The notes: generated by a model from the letters alone, not told the origin. A DNA stretch of 64,000 nt from Eledone cirrhosa (GCA_964016885.1 OZ024743.1:181722001-181786000); one strand, 5' to 3'. Counted from the stretch's first letter, positions 41,467 to 57,050 are shown. Translations and numbers: made by a program.

Positions 41467-43044
41467 TCAAATCCAACATACTAAAAGCTTCATTCAGTGA
41501 AATATCTTAATGAAGTAAATTGTATTTTTCTATGAATGATTGCTGTCTGATATTTATTTCTATTGCTCTTTGGACCATTCCGTTATTAGACACTTTTACC
41601 AGTGTAATGTTTTAAAATATTAACAATAGTTTAAATGGTTTGGCTACATTAGTATACTGCACTTCGATTACGATGGCGAGGAAAATACTTTTGTTACAAA
41701 AATCAGGTCAAACAGACATTATATGTAGATGTTATCTGTTTCACTCTGCAGAATTATGATGAAAGTCATTTTGGTCTTCACCTTCCTTTTGTTTTCTTTA
41801 AATCTAAAACCACATTATCCAACTTATCCAGTGTGTCCTATTTTTGTACGGTAAAGTTGTGAGTTTAGGTTGTTTTGACTACTGTTTGTTGCAGGTCGAG
41901 GGACCACGCTAAGCCTCACTCACTGTTTCGGATGTAGTTGGTGTAGTTTGATTACGGTTTGATTACGGATTGATGAAAATCTCTCATTTTGGGGGAGGGA
42001 TAAAATAAGGTTTAGGTTCTCACACCTTTTCCAAACGTCACTGCCTATGAGAAATCGATTTCAATTCAAAGCTGAGTGACCACCAGATTATTCTATAACG
42101 CACCCCACTCCCCACTTTATGAATATTAAGAGGATTTTTTTATTTTTAAAACCGGTTCTTTTTATTTTTAAAACTCGATTGCGAGTATGTCAGAGGTCAT
42201 ATTACTTGAAGACCCATGGAAAAAAAAAAATTTCTTAACGAACCCCAGAGGGGGCTTTTCTATGAATTTACCTTTTTGAAAGCAAAACTCTGCCCCACGA
42301 ACTGTTTATCTAAAGAGATGCATCATCAACTTGTTTTTGTCTGACGTTTCTACTATGTTATATCTGTCTTTTTCAGCCCTTTCTGCCCCACCCTCTCTTT
42401 CTGTTTCTCCCTTTCTAAATTAATTTTCCAACAGTGGCCACTTTATATTTTACATTTCATTTCATAATGATATCAATAACCAGACTTGAACATTTCCTAC
42501 ATTCATTTGAGGTGGGGCGGTGCGCGTGAATGTATATTGAATGATTCGCCGTTTCAAAGAGACCAGTCACCCTGGAGCCTCCAGCAGTAAGTTGAGATAG
42601 CTAGATAATTAGAATAGTCATTCATTTACTGCTGAATGATGTTCCGTGAACCACGCTCATATGTACGAATTCAAATTTCAACCGGAAATGCGTCAAAGCG
42701 CTTTGGAAGCAAGCGTCACAATAAAAAATAAAGGAATTTTTCATGACGTTCTTCACAACCATTTATTTACGCCTCTCTGCTTACTCTATACGGACAAAAT
42801 ATAATTGAATGAATAAGATTTTGAACTGCCGAGTTCACGTAAGACGTAAATCTACAGCAATTGTTGTGATTCTGAGCGGGATATTTGATTTCCTATTACC
42901 CTACTTCATATCAAGAGCAATACCAACCTTGCTTTTCTGCGAGGGGTTGTCATCAGTAGATAAGTGCTCTGTCTAAGAATAGAGACACTATAAACTTGAA
43001 TTTTAAATTCTTGTTCTATTGATCAATGAAAATCGTGAAAATAT

Positions 43045-43470
43045 TGGTTTCTGATTTAGGCACATGGCCAACAATTCTGGGGAAGGGGAAAGTCTGGTAC
43101 TTTATTTTATCGACCCCGTAATGAAAGGCAAAGCTAACTTCGGCGGGAAAGTCATCAAAATATTAGTTTCCACGGTTTAATTTTAATCTCGGCTATCAGC
43201 GAATTAAGTTCTCACTTTATCAACGATATCTCATATATCACCTTTGAAACTTAGTTAACAATCATCTGAGTAAAGTTCTAAAATGTTTATTATTATTACT
43301 GAGTACAGGGTGGTTGATTGGCAGAATCGGTAGAGCATCGGACAACATTTTTTGCCACATAGAGTTATAGCCCATTATGCTCTGATTTCAAATTTCGTCG
43401 AAGTTAGTTTTGTCTTTCTCTTAATCCTTACGGCGTCGATAAAATAAAATATCAGTAATGCACTGGGGTA
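43045..43470. mobile_element. Two diverged SINE family 1 copies in opposite orientation (43045-43150 -, 43309-43470 +)
   Basis: Central GTCGATAAAATAAA domain and B box. Other diverged copies at ~44718-44852, 48350-48435 and 51345-51472. Confidence 0.7.
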
Positions 43471-44141
43471 GATTTAATCCACATCCCACCTCCTGTAATA
43501 TCCATGCTTGAAAACAACATGGCAATTAACTGAAGTGATCCGAACTCTACAAAGTTAGCTTATAGATTATTAGCGCAACTAAGATCATATGATGTACTCT
43601 TTAGTCAATAAATACGTCTTTCTAAATAGAACAGGCTTGTGTGTCTACGTGATTTACGAAAGTAGACCACTCACTACCAATTGACTTTAAAGTACAGTAA
43701 TTTTCATTAACAATTTGTTGAATGGGATTAATAAATGGTTTCTGATTTAGGCACAAGACCAACAATTTTGGGGAGACCTAGTCAAAGCAACTAGGCTATT
43801 GAACAACCTCTTCCAAGCATAACAAACTACTCCAAGCAACTAGGCTATCAAAACAAACTATTCCAAGCAACTTGTCAGATTTGGCTATTGAAGTTTTTGT
43901 TGTGTGAGAGACAGAGATTAAGAGATATATTATTATATTGAAGAGAAAGTAGAAGAAAATGTATTGTCAACTTAAGTCGTATTATGCCTTGAAGCATTTC
44001 AGTGTGAAACTGTGTGATACAATCTTCATCTTATCACTGGACCAGTTGTCAATTCTCTTGGTTAGAATACACGTCTAAAGGCATGTAAATATGAAGGGTA
44101 TGTGTGTGAGCGTATATATATATATGAGTATATGTATGTAT

Positions 44142-44201
<60 letters not shown>

Positions 44202-45308
44202 TGTATATATAATAACCATCACCGTTTAATATGTATATATATATATATATATATGTATATATGTGTATATATAGAAAGAGAGTGTGTGTATTGTGTATAT
44301 GTATAAATGTATGTGTATATATATATTTATGATTATGTATTTGTGTATAATATATACATTTATGTGTTTTTTTACAACATAGAAATTCAATTGATCACTT
44401 CAAAAGAAGAGATGAATTTTTAGGTTTTTTATTTACGTATTTATTATTAAAGGTTTAGCGAAAAACTTAAATCATCTGCTGTTAGATTCAGTTCATATGT
44501 GCTTCCATACTTACAAGCACAAACCCGTGTATTTATGGACCCGTAACTCCTGAGAGTGTTGTAGGCGACGTATTGATATACAGCGTTTCTAGGGCACTTT
44601 TTAAACCTGGCGGAGCACATCTCTTTCTCCAGGTCTAAACATAGCAAATTTCTTTCAGAGAAGGATAGAGAGAGAGTGAGATAATGGAAGTGAGAAAGAG
44701 ATGTAGAGGAAGAAATGACCCCAGTACTAGACTGGTACTTTTTTTATGAAAGGCAAAGTTGACCTCGGTGGGATTTGAACTCAGAGACATGAAAGCCAGA
44801 AAGAATACCACAAAGCATTCTGACGTTCTAACGATTCTGCCAATCCGCTGCCTCATAAACGTATACATGCATACATAAACACCTACATGTATGCATATAC
44901 ACATACATTTACGCATAAACACATACGTGTATGCATAGGTACATATACACCCAATGAGAGAATGGCATTTAAAACTAACTCTGGAATCCTAATCACCGGA
45001 TGAAAACATATTCCACGACCCCAGTTTCACTGTCGTCAACTAATTTCAACACTCCTCTCTCTCTCTCTTTTAACTCCTCTCTTCCTTTCTCTACCTCTTC
45101 TTCACTCTATCTCTCTCCTAATTCCTCTCTTCTTTTCTCTACTTCTTCTTCACTCTATCTCTCTCCTAACACCTCTCCCCGTTTCCCTATCTCTTCCTCA
45201 CTATATCTCTCTCTTAACTTCTCTCTCCTTTCTCTACCTCTTACTCGCTCTTTTTTTCACCCACTCTTTCTCTCACCATCCCCCTTTCTCTATTTTGTTC
45301 CTCAATTG

Positions 45309-45398
<90 letters not shown>

Positions 45399-45768
45399 AT
45401 AACTATCTATCTACCGTCCCCTCTATATTCTCATAATTACAATGGAGGGAGATTCGATGTTTGCTATCCAAGGCAGCATACCAACCGTCGTCGTGCAAAT
45501 GGAATCACCATATAGTTTCCAGTTTTGCCTATTTGTTACACCCACGTAGACACATGTATAAGTGTAATAATGGAGATGGGAGAGCTACAAATGACTGGTA
45601 CGATTAATAAGATATGTAACATCAGAGGAAGAGTTGTTAGTTCCTATCATGTCACTCCTATTACACTGTCTCTTTCATCTGTCGCATAAACGCTAATAAA
45701 GCTGAAAGGAGTTGGTGTGACATTTATAAGTGTATGAAGAGTATTAGGTATTGAATTGCGCGCGCGCG

Positions 45769-46352
<584 letters not shown>

Positions 46353-46505
46353 AGGAGTAGTGGTCGCTGTAGAGTAATACAGAAACCTCGTAATGCGGCG
46401 GTTGCAGCCTGATGCCGCTCGTTGTCCCCGAACCAGTACTTAGGCTGGCTGCTGTTATGCTGGGAGTGGTTTTACTTTATATCTAATAAGATATGTATCA
46501 CATTA

Positions 46506-46540
<35 letters not shown>

Positions 46541-46968
46541 CTGTGGGTAAAATATGGCTGTTAAGTTATAAAATTGCATATAACAACGAAGATTTATTTA
46601 TGAAAATGCTCTACACTTGAAGTGTGTATTATATTGTGCTGCTGGGGTCCTCTTACCCTCTTCTGGTGGGGGAGCCGGTTTAGTCGCCGACCCCTCGACC
46701 ATAAAACAGGCTGTACTGGGTTACATGGTACCAGTAGCAGGTAGAAGCCTGACCTGAAATACGAGTAAGTATGTGGAAAGTACATGTGATAAAATAATTT
46801 AAGAAGATATGAAGGTTTGATTATTGAAATGAAAAGTAGGTCAAGGTAAACCTCAGAGAAGATAGAATATCAGTTCGGATAGACATCTTATTTCTACCTG
46901 TAAATTATTGAGAAAAATATTATAATCACTATTAAATTTTACATAGTGCGAGACAATTACAGATCTGC

Positions 46969-47094
46969 AAAATCGGAAAGACTGTGACCCGCTTGAGGAA
47001 GGAGCCCCTTGAGGTAGGGCGGCTGTTGCAGCGGGTGTCTCTGGCCATTCGCAGTGATAACACCTTTGCCATTTTGTCTGTAGGGTGTGGCTGA
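46969..47094 (+). pseudogene. 3' fragment of a CRE-like (restriction-like endonuclease) non-LTR retrotransposon
   Basis: KIGKTVTRLRKEPLEVGRLLQRVSLAIRSDNTFAILS resembles the CRE-type terminal motif ..EPRE..FL.QRLSLAIQRGNA..IL. Confidence 0.5.
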
Positions 47095-47577
47095 TGTACT
47101 ACTCAAACTGAGGTGTAGTGGCTGTCCTCCCCTCTCCCTTTCTTTCTTTACTTGATTCTTTTTTTTCTTTTTCTTCTTTTCATTTCCTTTTTTGTTTCAC
47201 TTAAATAATTTATGTATGTCTATCCTAGCTCCTTTCTCTCTTAAAGATATAGGGTCTTTCCTCAAAGTATATAAGTTACCCCTATATGGTCTTTGTTCAA
47301 AGTATGTAAGCTACCCGAAACGATAACCGGGATCAACAAGAAAACATAACTTCAAATTAAGTGAGATCGACTGAAATTATTTCATCGCATCAAATTTTTT
47401 TGTCCAAATCTCAAGCTGGACTGACTTTTCCTTCAATCCCTCCAGAGTCAACAATTTTGGAGGAGGAGAGGATCAATGAAATAATTGTTTCTATTTAGGC
47501 TAAAGGCCAGCAATTTGAAGGGGAGCAGAAAGTTGATTAAATCGAGCCCAGTGCATTACTAGTGCTTTACAAGGAAA

Positions 47578-47765
47578 TAATTGTTTCTACTTTTGGCACA
47601 AGGCCAGCACATACCCGGTGCATTACTGGTACTTTATTTTATCGACCCCGTAAGGATGAAAGGCAAAGTTAACCTCGGCGGGATTTGAACTCAGAATGGC
47701 AAGGGCCGTAAATCTATGCGTCAAAGCATGGCGTCCGACCCTCTACCGATACTGCCAATCCACTG
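47578..47765 (-). mobile_element. SINE family 1 copy, preceded by an older partial copy (47480-47565)
   Basis: Near-identical to other copies. Confidence 0.87.
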
Positions 47766-48141
47766 AATACCAGTAAAGTACTAAAAATAGCAATAATATA
47801 AAAGGTTTGGTTCATTGCGATATAACACTCCTTTCCTACAAAGTTGTAACATTCTACTGAACCTAGAAATGTAATATAACCTGAAATATAGAATTATACT
47901 CCAGTCTAAAGTATTAACACAATTTTCAGCGATGCTTCTACGTATAAGACAAGAGGTCAACGTTTCCTTCTGCTTAAGGTTTCTTTTTATTAGTGGCATA
48001 AAATAGAAGTGTCATAAGTAGATGTGTTATTTGCAATCTCAGAAATATAAGGAAAATGGCATGAAGGGAGGAATTTCATGTGACGGCCAAAATTCAAACG
48101 TATGCTTGAGGAGATTACGTTTTCTTTTATTACTGCTCAGT

Positions 48142-48295
48142 CAGTGCCGGATTTAGGACAAATGGGCCATGTGCTAGTTAAGTTATGAAGTCCCTTACTC
48201 GTAAAAAAAAATGTTTGGCAGGAAGATGCCCCCCTCCTTACCAACGGGGCTCCTGTGCTTAAGCATACCTAAGCACAATGGTAAATCCGGCAATG
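48142..48295. mobile_element. Short hAT-type MITE (related TIRs)
   Basis: CAGTGCCGGATTTA / TAAATCCGGCAATG; TSD TGCTCAGT/TGTTCAGT. Confidence 0.8.
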
Positions 48296-48701
48296 TGTTC
48301 AGTTCGTTCATCCAAGAAATACATATATGACATCCTTTTACTTTGAGGGAAGAGCATAGTTGATTAGATCAACCCCAGTATTTAACTGTTACTTTATTTT
48401 AACGATCCCGCTAGGGTGAAAGGCAAGGTTAACCTATATATATATGTGAATATATATATATATATATATGATGTGTAAAAGACAAGGCAAAAAACCCCCA
48501 GCCCACAACTGTCAATGTGGTTGGCGTTAGGAAGGACATCCAGCCGTAGAAAACCAGCCAGAAACACCCCTATATGAGCGAGACACGGTCACCCGACACA
48601 ACTTGCCACAAAATAGGACCCATCTAACTCATGCTAGCGTGGAAGATGGACGTTAATCTATGATGATGATGATGATATATATATATATTATATATTTTCA
48701 C

Positions 48702-48738
<37 letters not shown>

Positions 48739-49292
48739 CATGTATGTGTATTATTTCACATTAAAGTTTATATTGAGTGAATTCTACTTTTACTTCAGTT
48801 TGATGTTTAGTATGCTTAGAAAAATACATCATTTGCCTGCTTTCTTATCATTTCATCTAAATGTTGACATTTCCAATTTACCACGTTTTCTATATAACAT
48901 TTTCTGTTGTTGCGGGTATTGTTGTTGCTACGTAACCCTAGTTAGGTCGCCACTCTCTACTCTAGGTATGATGAACGCGTACTTCTCTCAGAATTGTCAA
49001 ATAACACTGACAGAGAATTGAGAAAACTGAGACACACAATGTCTGCCTGTATTTAAATTAATTTCTGAGGGAGTTAATATATCGTAGTTGATAGACTTTC
49101 TCTGCGGACAATAAATTAAATACCAGGAGAAAATGCCTTATGTTGTTGATTTACAGCTATTTATCTCATTAGTTTATATCCCTTTTTTTTTTTTTCGGTT
49201 ATATTAAAATATATCGCAGATAATGAGTGGGTTGTTGTTTTTAATCCACTATTACACCTCGCTGAAAATGTGTGGTCAATTGCCTATGTTAG

Positions 49293-49595
49293 CAAGGCCG
49301 GATTTAATGGGAGGCAAAGGGGAAAAATGCCCCGGGCCCCCTGCAGTAGCAATTTATAGCAATTTATTTGTGCCCTCAGCTAGGCTTTTTAGTTTTAGGA
49401 TGGTTTGAATTTTTGAATTTAATACCTATATATATATATATAACTTTTCAATTCCAATTACTTGTGCCAAGCTAACTTTGATATGTAAAATTGGGAGTTT
49501 GCTGTGTATTATAATTGTTTGTCTATGAGACCTAACCCCACCCCACACACACACATGAAGTGTCCCGGGTCCCCCAAGGTCTAAATCCAACCCTG
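49293..49595. mobile_element. hAT-type MITE (same family as 18778-19094, opposite orientation)
   Basis: CAAGGCCGGATTTA / TAAATCCAACCCTG; perfect TSD TATGTTAG. Confidence 0.9.
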
Positions 49596-50835
49596 TATGT
49601 TAGAATTCGATGCTGTTAACTTTTCAGTATGTGGTATTATGTCCAAGTACGATGATTTCAAACAATAACTCCAGGCCACATTTACAGCGAGTACTTGTAA
49701 ACGATTTAACCCAACATTGTAATTTTTCCATTATAAATGTCATCATCTAAGGGTGTTTTATATTTACACTACTTTTCTATTTCTAATCAGTTCGCGTGTG
49801 TGTGTGTGTGCTTGTGATATTAAATATATATATATATATATGACATTTTTTTAGTGTTAATCTAAATATGAGAATAAACACATCACACTGTACACACTTT
49901 TAACACAAGGATATGTTGAGCATTTGTATGTCTTTATGCCACGAATTAATAAAAATAACACACTATATGTAAATAAAGAATGTGAAAGGAATTATATATA
50001 GAACAAGAAAATATAAAAACAAAGAAAAGAAACCCGGATTTTTTTTTTTATTTCTAATTCGATATTGTAAAAATAACTGCGGCGTATTGAAGACCGACAT
50101 CTTGCAAATTGCATCAGAAAAGTTCCGGATTTTAAACATAATAAACATATAAAGATTTATTCTGCTCTAAATATAAAAACGTATTTGTTTGCGATGTATT
50201 CCAACATAGCTTTTCATAGGGTTTCGTTGATTTGATGACTGTCAAAATATTCCTGAAAGGTGGCAGCTGTAAACAGTTACCAAAGTACTCTGATGATACA
50301 AGGTGGAGTAGGTTTAGGGTGGACAGATTGGCAGTTTGTTTTCTTTTCTTTTTTCTTCTCTTGTTTTCATTGTTTTTTTTTTTTGTTTTTTTTTTGTTTT
50401 TTTTTTGTTGTTTTTTTTTTGGGGGGGGGGGGGGGGGGTCTAAGAATATTTTGATATTTCTATCTCTTTCTTTTGGTGTTTTCTCTTTCAAATAATACCT
50501 TAAGCCAGGAACTTTTCAATACATCAGTACACACTGTTATGGATAGTCTGTTGCAACGTAAAGTATGGATTTATTTTCACAAAATCCAGCTGGGGTTTAT
50601 TATACATTACACTTCACAGCATACGGCATAGATTATTTTTGTGTATATAACCTAAACTTATTAAGTTTTTGAAAATCGCCTTGAATTGAAATAAAAAAAA
50701 TGATGAGAGAAATCGTGATATCCAGATCACGTGTCTCATTAATTTGAATTTTAATTCACCGTAATCTCCATCACACCTCTATATTTTCCACAGAATTTTT
50801 CTATAGTTTCGGGATTTTTTCTTTCTCTCTTGCAG

Positions 50836-51225
50836 GTGGTTTTTCGACGTTTGAACAAAGATATCCTGAACTCAGTGCTTTCTTAGATTCGGAGACTGAT
50901 TCTACAATTATTGGCCTCAGAAATCTATCTCTCTCAAACGAATCATCATATAATAATCTTCAGGACGAAGAATTGGATACCAGTCCTTCGGCTACATCGC
51001 CTTTACCAGTCCAAGTCTTACCAAATCTTTTTCTGGGCAATGCTAAGAACTCTCAAGAGCTTTCACTATTGAAACAAAATGGAATCAAATATATCCTCAA
51101 TGTAACTGCCAACATGCCAAATATGTTCGAACAAGATGATTCCTTTAAATATATGCAGATTCCAATCAATGATCACTGGTCACAGAATTTGTCCATATTT
51201 TTCCCGAAGGCCATTGAATTTATCG
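50836..51225 (+). CDS. DUSP6: DUSP6/7/9-type phosphatase, coding exon 2 (linker and N-terminal half of the catalytic domain)
   Basis: Acceptor TCTCTTGCAG; joins exon 1 as YLLG-GFSTFEQRYPE. PVQVLPNLFLGNAK, IKYILNVT, QIPINDHWSQNL..FFPKAIEFI. Phase-1 donor GTAAG at 51226. Confidence 0.95.
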
Positions 51226-51680
51226 GTAAGTTACAATTCTGTTAAAGAGTGGTTGTGGTGATAATGGTAGTGATGGAGGCAGTGATAGTGGATGATAGTA
51301 GTGGTGTGAGAGACTGTGTGACTTTAAAATAAGTAGAAGTGACAGTAATTTATCTTATCGACCCCGTAAAGATGAAAGACAAAACTATAACCTCAGCGGG
51401 ATTTGAACTCAGAACGTAACTATATGTCGCAAAGCATGTTCGACGCTCTATCGATTCTACCAATCCACTGCCCTTGTGTTAGTATATAAGTACCAGTAAT
51501 ATACTGGTGTCACTCCAATTGATAAAACTCTTTAGAATACAAAAATCGAATTTTTTTTACTTGACAGGTGAAAAGAAATAAAGTTAGTTTGTGTGTGCGT
51601 GTGCGTGTTTATGTGTGTATGTGTGTGTGTTTATTTGTGCACCAACCAGTACACATTACAGAACGTTCATTTATTTAATG

Positions 51681-51850
51681 AATACACGGCATTCTCCCTG
51701 TGTATACACGGCATTCCTTCTGTGCATACACGGCATTCTTCCTGTGTATACACGGCATTCTACCTGTGTATACACGGCATTCCTTGTGTATACACAGCAT
51801 TCTTCCTGTGTATACACAGCATTCCTTCTGTGTATACACGGCATTCTTTC
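51681..51850. repeat. Minisatellite, ~21-23-bp unit (TGTGTATACACGGCATTCTTCC), ~8 copies
   Basis: Direct reading. Confidence 0.9.
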
Positions 51851-52679
51851 TGTTTATACACATACACAGCAACTAAAATACTCACGTATAAATGTGTATA
51901 GTTGTTTGGGCGCATGCGTAAGAGAAGAGTGAGAAAAATTTATAAAAACAACAAAAATAAAACAATAATAATAAAAGAAGAAAGAAAATAAGTGAGAGTT
52001 ATTGTGTAATTCGGAATGGCGTGGATTTAATGTTCGGTCTTCCTGGTTAGTTATGTGTGTTGTTGTTGGAGAAAACAGCAGCCGTCCATTAATTAGAAGT
52101 TGGCAGCGGAAACTGTAGCTCAACGTTTGTTTAAATAGACACACCTGTTGTTACTACTGGTCCTTATCAACAACACCATTGACTGATGGTAGAGGTAGGG
52201 GTAGGGGTGGTGGTGATAGTGGTGTTGGTGGTAGTGACGGCGGTGGTGGTGCTGGTAATGGTGATAATGGTAGCGGTGACGGTGGTAGCTGTTTGTTATC
52301 AAAGACCAGTGGTCTCCTCCCCCACATCACACCACTCCTCCTCCACGCCACTCCTTTCCTCTCCTCCCACCTTACACCTCTCCTAAATGTCATAAATGTG
52401 ACAACACCACACAAACCAAAAACAACAATATTAATTACTATTATGTGATCTCAGTGATAATAGTTGTTGATAAGTGAATCACTCTACTGTCATACTCTCA
52501 AACTCTCTCTCCCTCTGTCTCTTTCTTTCTCTAACTCACTCCCTCCCCCACTCTCTCTCTCTGTATCTCTCTTTCTCCAACCTCTCAAGCCAGTTTCTCT
52601 TTTTTTACAACCAGGTGTATTGAACTATTTAAGTTTGTTGTTGACCAGAGAAAGACTGACACAACATCGTTCGTACACA

Positions 52680-55600
52680 ATGATGTGGTCTATATGATGT
52701 GCTGAGATGTGATGTGGTCTGTGTGGTGTGATGTCGTCTATATGATGTGATGTAGTCTATATGATGTGCTGTGGTCTATATGATGTGCTGAGATGTCATG
52801 TGGTCTATATGATGTGATGTAGTCTATATGATGTGCTGTGGTCTATGTGATGTAGTCTATATGATGTGCTGTGGTCTATGTGATGTGCTGTGGTCTATGT
52901 GATGTGATGTAGTCTATATGATGTGCTGTGGTCTATATGATGTGCTGTGGTCTATGTGATGTGCTGTGGTCTATGTGATGTGCTGTGGTCTATGTGATGT
53001 GATGTAGTCTATATGATGTGCTGTGGTCTATATGATGTGCTGTGGTCTATGTGATGTGCTGTGGTCTATGTGATGTGCTGTGGTCTATGTGATGTGCTGT
53101 GGTCTATGTGATGTGCTGTGGTCTATGTGATGTGCTGTGGTCTATATGATGTGATGTGGTCTATATGATGTGATGTAGTCTATATGATGTGCTGTGGTCT
53201 ATATGATGTGATGTAGTCTATGTGATGTGATCTATGTGATGTGCTGTGGTCTATGTGATGTGCTGTGGTCTATGTGATGTGCTGTGGTGTATATGATGTG
53301 ATGTAGTCTATATGATGTGCTGTGGTGTATATGATGTGATGTAGTCTATATGATGTGCTGTGGTCTATATGATGTGCTGTGGTCTATATGATGTGCTGAG
53401 ATGTCATGTGGTCTATATGATGTGATGTAGTCTATATGATGTGATGCGGTCTATATGATGTGCTGTGGTCTATGTGATGTAGTCTATATGATGTGCTGTG
53501 GTCTATATGATGTGCTGTGGTCTATGTGATGTGCTGTGGTCTATGTGATGTGCTGTGGTCTATGTGATGTGATGTAGTCTATATGATGTGCTGTGGTCTA
53601 TATGATGTGCTGTGGTCTATGTGATGTGATCTATGTGATGTGATGTGCTGTGGTCTATGTGATGTGCTGTGGTCTATGTGATGTGATGTAGTCTATATGA
53701 TGTGCTGTGGTCTATGTGATGTGATGTGGTCTATGTGATGTGATGTGATCTATGTGATGTGCTGTGGTCTATGTGATGTGCTGTGGTCTATATGATGTGA
53801 TGTGGTCTATATGATGTGATGTAGTCTATATGATGTGCTGAGATGTGATGTGGTCTGTATGATGTGATGTAGTCTATATGATGTGCTGAGATGTGATGTG
53901 GTCTATATGATGTGATGTGGTCTATATGATGTGATGCGGTCTATATGATGTGATGTGGTCTATATGATGTGGTCTATATGATGTGGTCTATGTGATGTGC
54001 TGTGGTCTATATGATGTGATGTGGTCTATATGATGTGATGTAGTCTATATGATGTGCTGAGATGTGATGTGGTCTATATGATGTGATGTAGTCTATATGA
54101 TGTGCTGAGATGTGGTGTGGTCTATATGATGTGATGTGGTCTATATGATGTGATGCGGTCTATATGATGTGATGTGGTCTATGTGATGTGCTGAGATGTG
54201 ATGTGGTCTATGTGATGTGCTGTGGTCTATATGATGTGATGTGGCCTATACGATGTGATGTGGTCTATATGATGTGATGTGATGTAGTCTATATGGTGTG
54301 CTGTGGTCTATGTGATGTGATGTAGTCTATGTGATGTGATGTAGTCTATGTGATGTGATGTAGTCTATATGATGTGATGTAGTCTATATAATGTGATGTA
54401 GTCTATATAATGTGATGTAGTCTATATAATGTGATGTAGTCTATGTGATGTGATGTGGTCTATGTGATGTGATGTAGTCTATATGATGTGCTGTGGTCTA
54501 TATGGTGTGCTGTGGTCTATGTGATGTGATGTAGTCTATGTGATGTGATGTAGTCTATGTGATGTGATGTAGTCTATATGATGTGATGTAGTCTATATAA
54601 TGTGATGTAGTCTATATAATGTGATGTAGTCTATATAATGTGATGTAGTCTATGTGATGTGATGTGGTCTATGTGATGTGATGTAGTCTATATGATGTGC
54701 TGTGGTCTATATGATGTGCTGAGATGTCATGTGGTCTATATGATGTGATGTAGTCTATATGATGTGATGTGGTCTATATGATGTGATGTAGTCTATGTGA
54801 TGTGATGTGGTCTATATAATGTGATGTGGTCTATATGATGTGATGTAGTCTATGTGATGTGATGTAGTCTATGTGATGTGATGTAGTCTATATGATGTGA
54901 TGTAGTCTATATGATGTGCTGTGGTCGATGTGATGTAGTCTATATGATGTGCTGTGGTCTATGTGATGTGATGTAGTCTATATGATGTGATGTAGTCTAT
55001 ATGGTGTGCTGTGGTCTATATGATGTGATGTAGTCTATATGATGTGATGTAGTCTATATAATGTGATGTGGTCTATATGATGTGATGTAGTCTATATAAT
55101 GTGATGTGGTCTATATAATGTGATATGGTCTATATAATGTGATGTGGTCTATATGATGTGATGTAGTCTATATAATGTGATGTGGTCTATATGATGTGAT
55201 GTAGTCTATGTGATGTGATGTAGTCTATATGATGTGATGTAGTCTATATGATGTGATGTAGTCTTTATGATGTGCTGTGGTCTATGTGATGTGATGTAGT
55301 CTATATGATGTGCTGTGGTCTATGTGATGTGATGTAGTCTATGTGATGTGATGTAGTCTATATGATGTGATGTAGTCTATATGATGTGATGTAGTCTATA
55401 TGATGTGATGTAGTCTATATGATGTGATGTAGTCTATATGGTGTGCTGTGGTCTATATGATGTGATGTAGTCTATATGATGTGCTGTGGTCTATGTGATG
55501 TGATGTAGTCGATGTGATGTGGTCTATGTGATGTGGTCTATGTGCTGTGGTCTATGTGATGTGATGTAGTCTATATAATGTGATGTAGTCTATATGATGT

Positions 55601-57050
55601 GATGTGGTCTATATGATGTGATGTAGTCTATATGATGTGATGTGGTCTATGTGATGTGATCTATGTGATGTGATCTATGTGATGTGATGTGGTCTATGTG
55701 ATGTGATGTAGTCTATATGATGTGATGTAGTCTATAAGATGCGCTGTGGTCTATGTGATGTGATGTAGTCTATATGATGTGCTGTGGTCTATGTGATGTG
55801 ATGTGGTCTATGTGATGTGATGTGGTCTATATGATGTGATGTAGTCTATATGATGTGCTGTGGTCTATGTGATGTGATGTAGTCTATATGATGTGATGTG
55901 ATCTATGTGATGTGATGTGGTCTATATGATGTGATGTGGTCTATATGATGTGATCTATATGATGTGATGTAGTCTCTGTGATGTGATGTAGTCTATATGA
56001 TGTGATGTGATCTATGTGATGTGATGTAGTCTATATGATGTGATGTAGTCTATATGATGTGATGTGATCTATGTGATGTGATGTAGTCTATATGATGTGA
56101 TGTAGTCTATATGATGTGCAGTGGTCTATGTGATGTGATGTGGTCTATGTGATGTGATGTAGTCTATATGATGTGATGTGGTCTATATGATGTGATGTAG
56201 TCTATATGATGTGATGTGGTCTATATGATGTGATGTAGTCTATATGATGTGATGTAGTCTATATGATGTGATGTAGTCTATATGATGTGATGTAGTCTAT
56301 ATGATGTGATGTGATCTATGTGATGTGGTCTATATGATGTGATGTGGTCTATGTGATGTGATCTAGTCTATATGATGTGATGTGATCTATGTGATGTGAT
56401 GTAGTCTATATGATGTGATGTGATGTGATCTATGTGATATGATGTAGTCTATATGATGTGATGTAGTCTATATGATGTGCTGTGGTCTATGTGATGTTAT
56501 GTGGTCTATGTGATGTGATGTAGTCCATGTGATGTGATCTATGTGATGTGATTGATGTGATGTGGTCTATATGATGTGATGTAGTCTATGTGATGTGGTC
56601 TATGTGATGTGATGTGGTCTATATGATGTGATGTAGTGTATATGATGTGCTGTGGTCTATGTGATGTGATGTAATGTGGTCTATATGATGCGATGTGGTC
56701 TATGTGATGTGATGTAGTATATATGATGTGCTGTGGTCTATGTGATGTGATGTAATGTGGTCTATATGATGTGATGTGGTCTATGTGATGTGATGTGATC
56801 TATGTGATGTGATGTGGTCTATATGATGTGATGTAGTCTATATGATGTGCTGTGGTCTATGTGATGTGATGTAGTCTATATGATGTGATTTGATGTAGTC
56901 TATGTGATGTGGTCTATGTGATGTGATGTGGTCTATGTGATATGATGTGGTGTGATGTGATGTGTTGAGGTGTGATGTTGTCTATATGATATGGTGTGGT
57001 GTGTTGAGGAGTGGTGTGATGTGATCTATGTGGTGTGGTGTGATGTGTTT
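52680..57050. repeat. 4.4-kb satellite built of pentamers (TGATG/TGCTG/TRGTC/TATRT) with a dominant 20-bp period
   Basis: Direct reading. Confidence 0.96.

Noticed and set aside
42925-42960. CTGATGA...GAAA on the - strand in the DUSP intron
   Set aside because: No stem II or stem I pairing; chance match.
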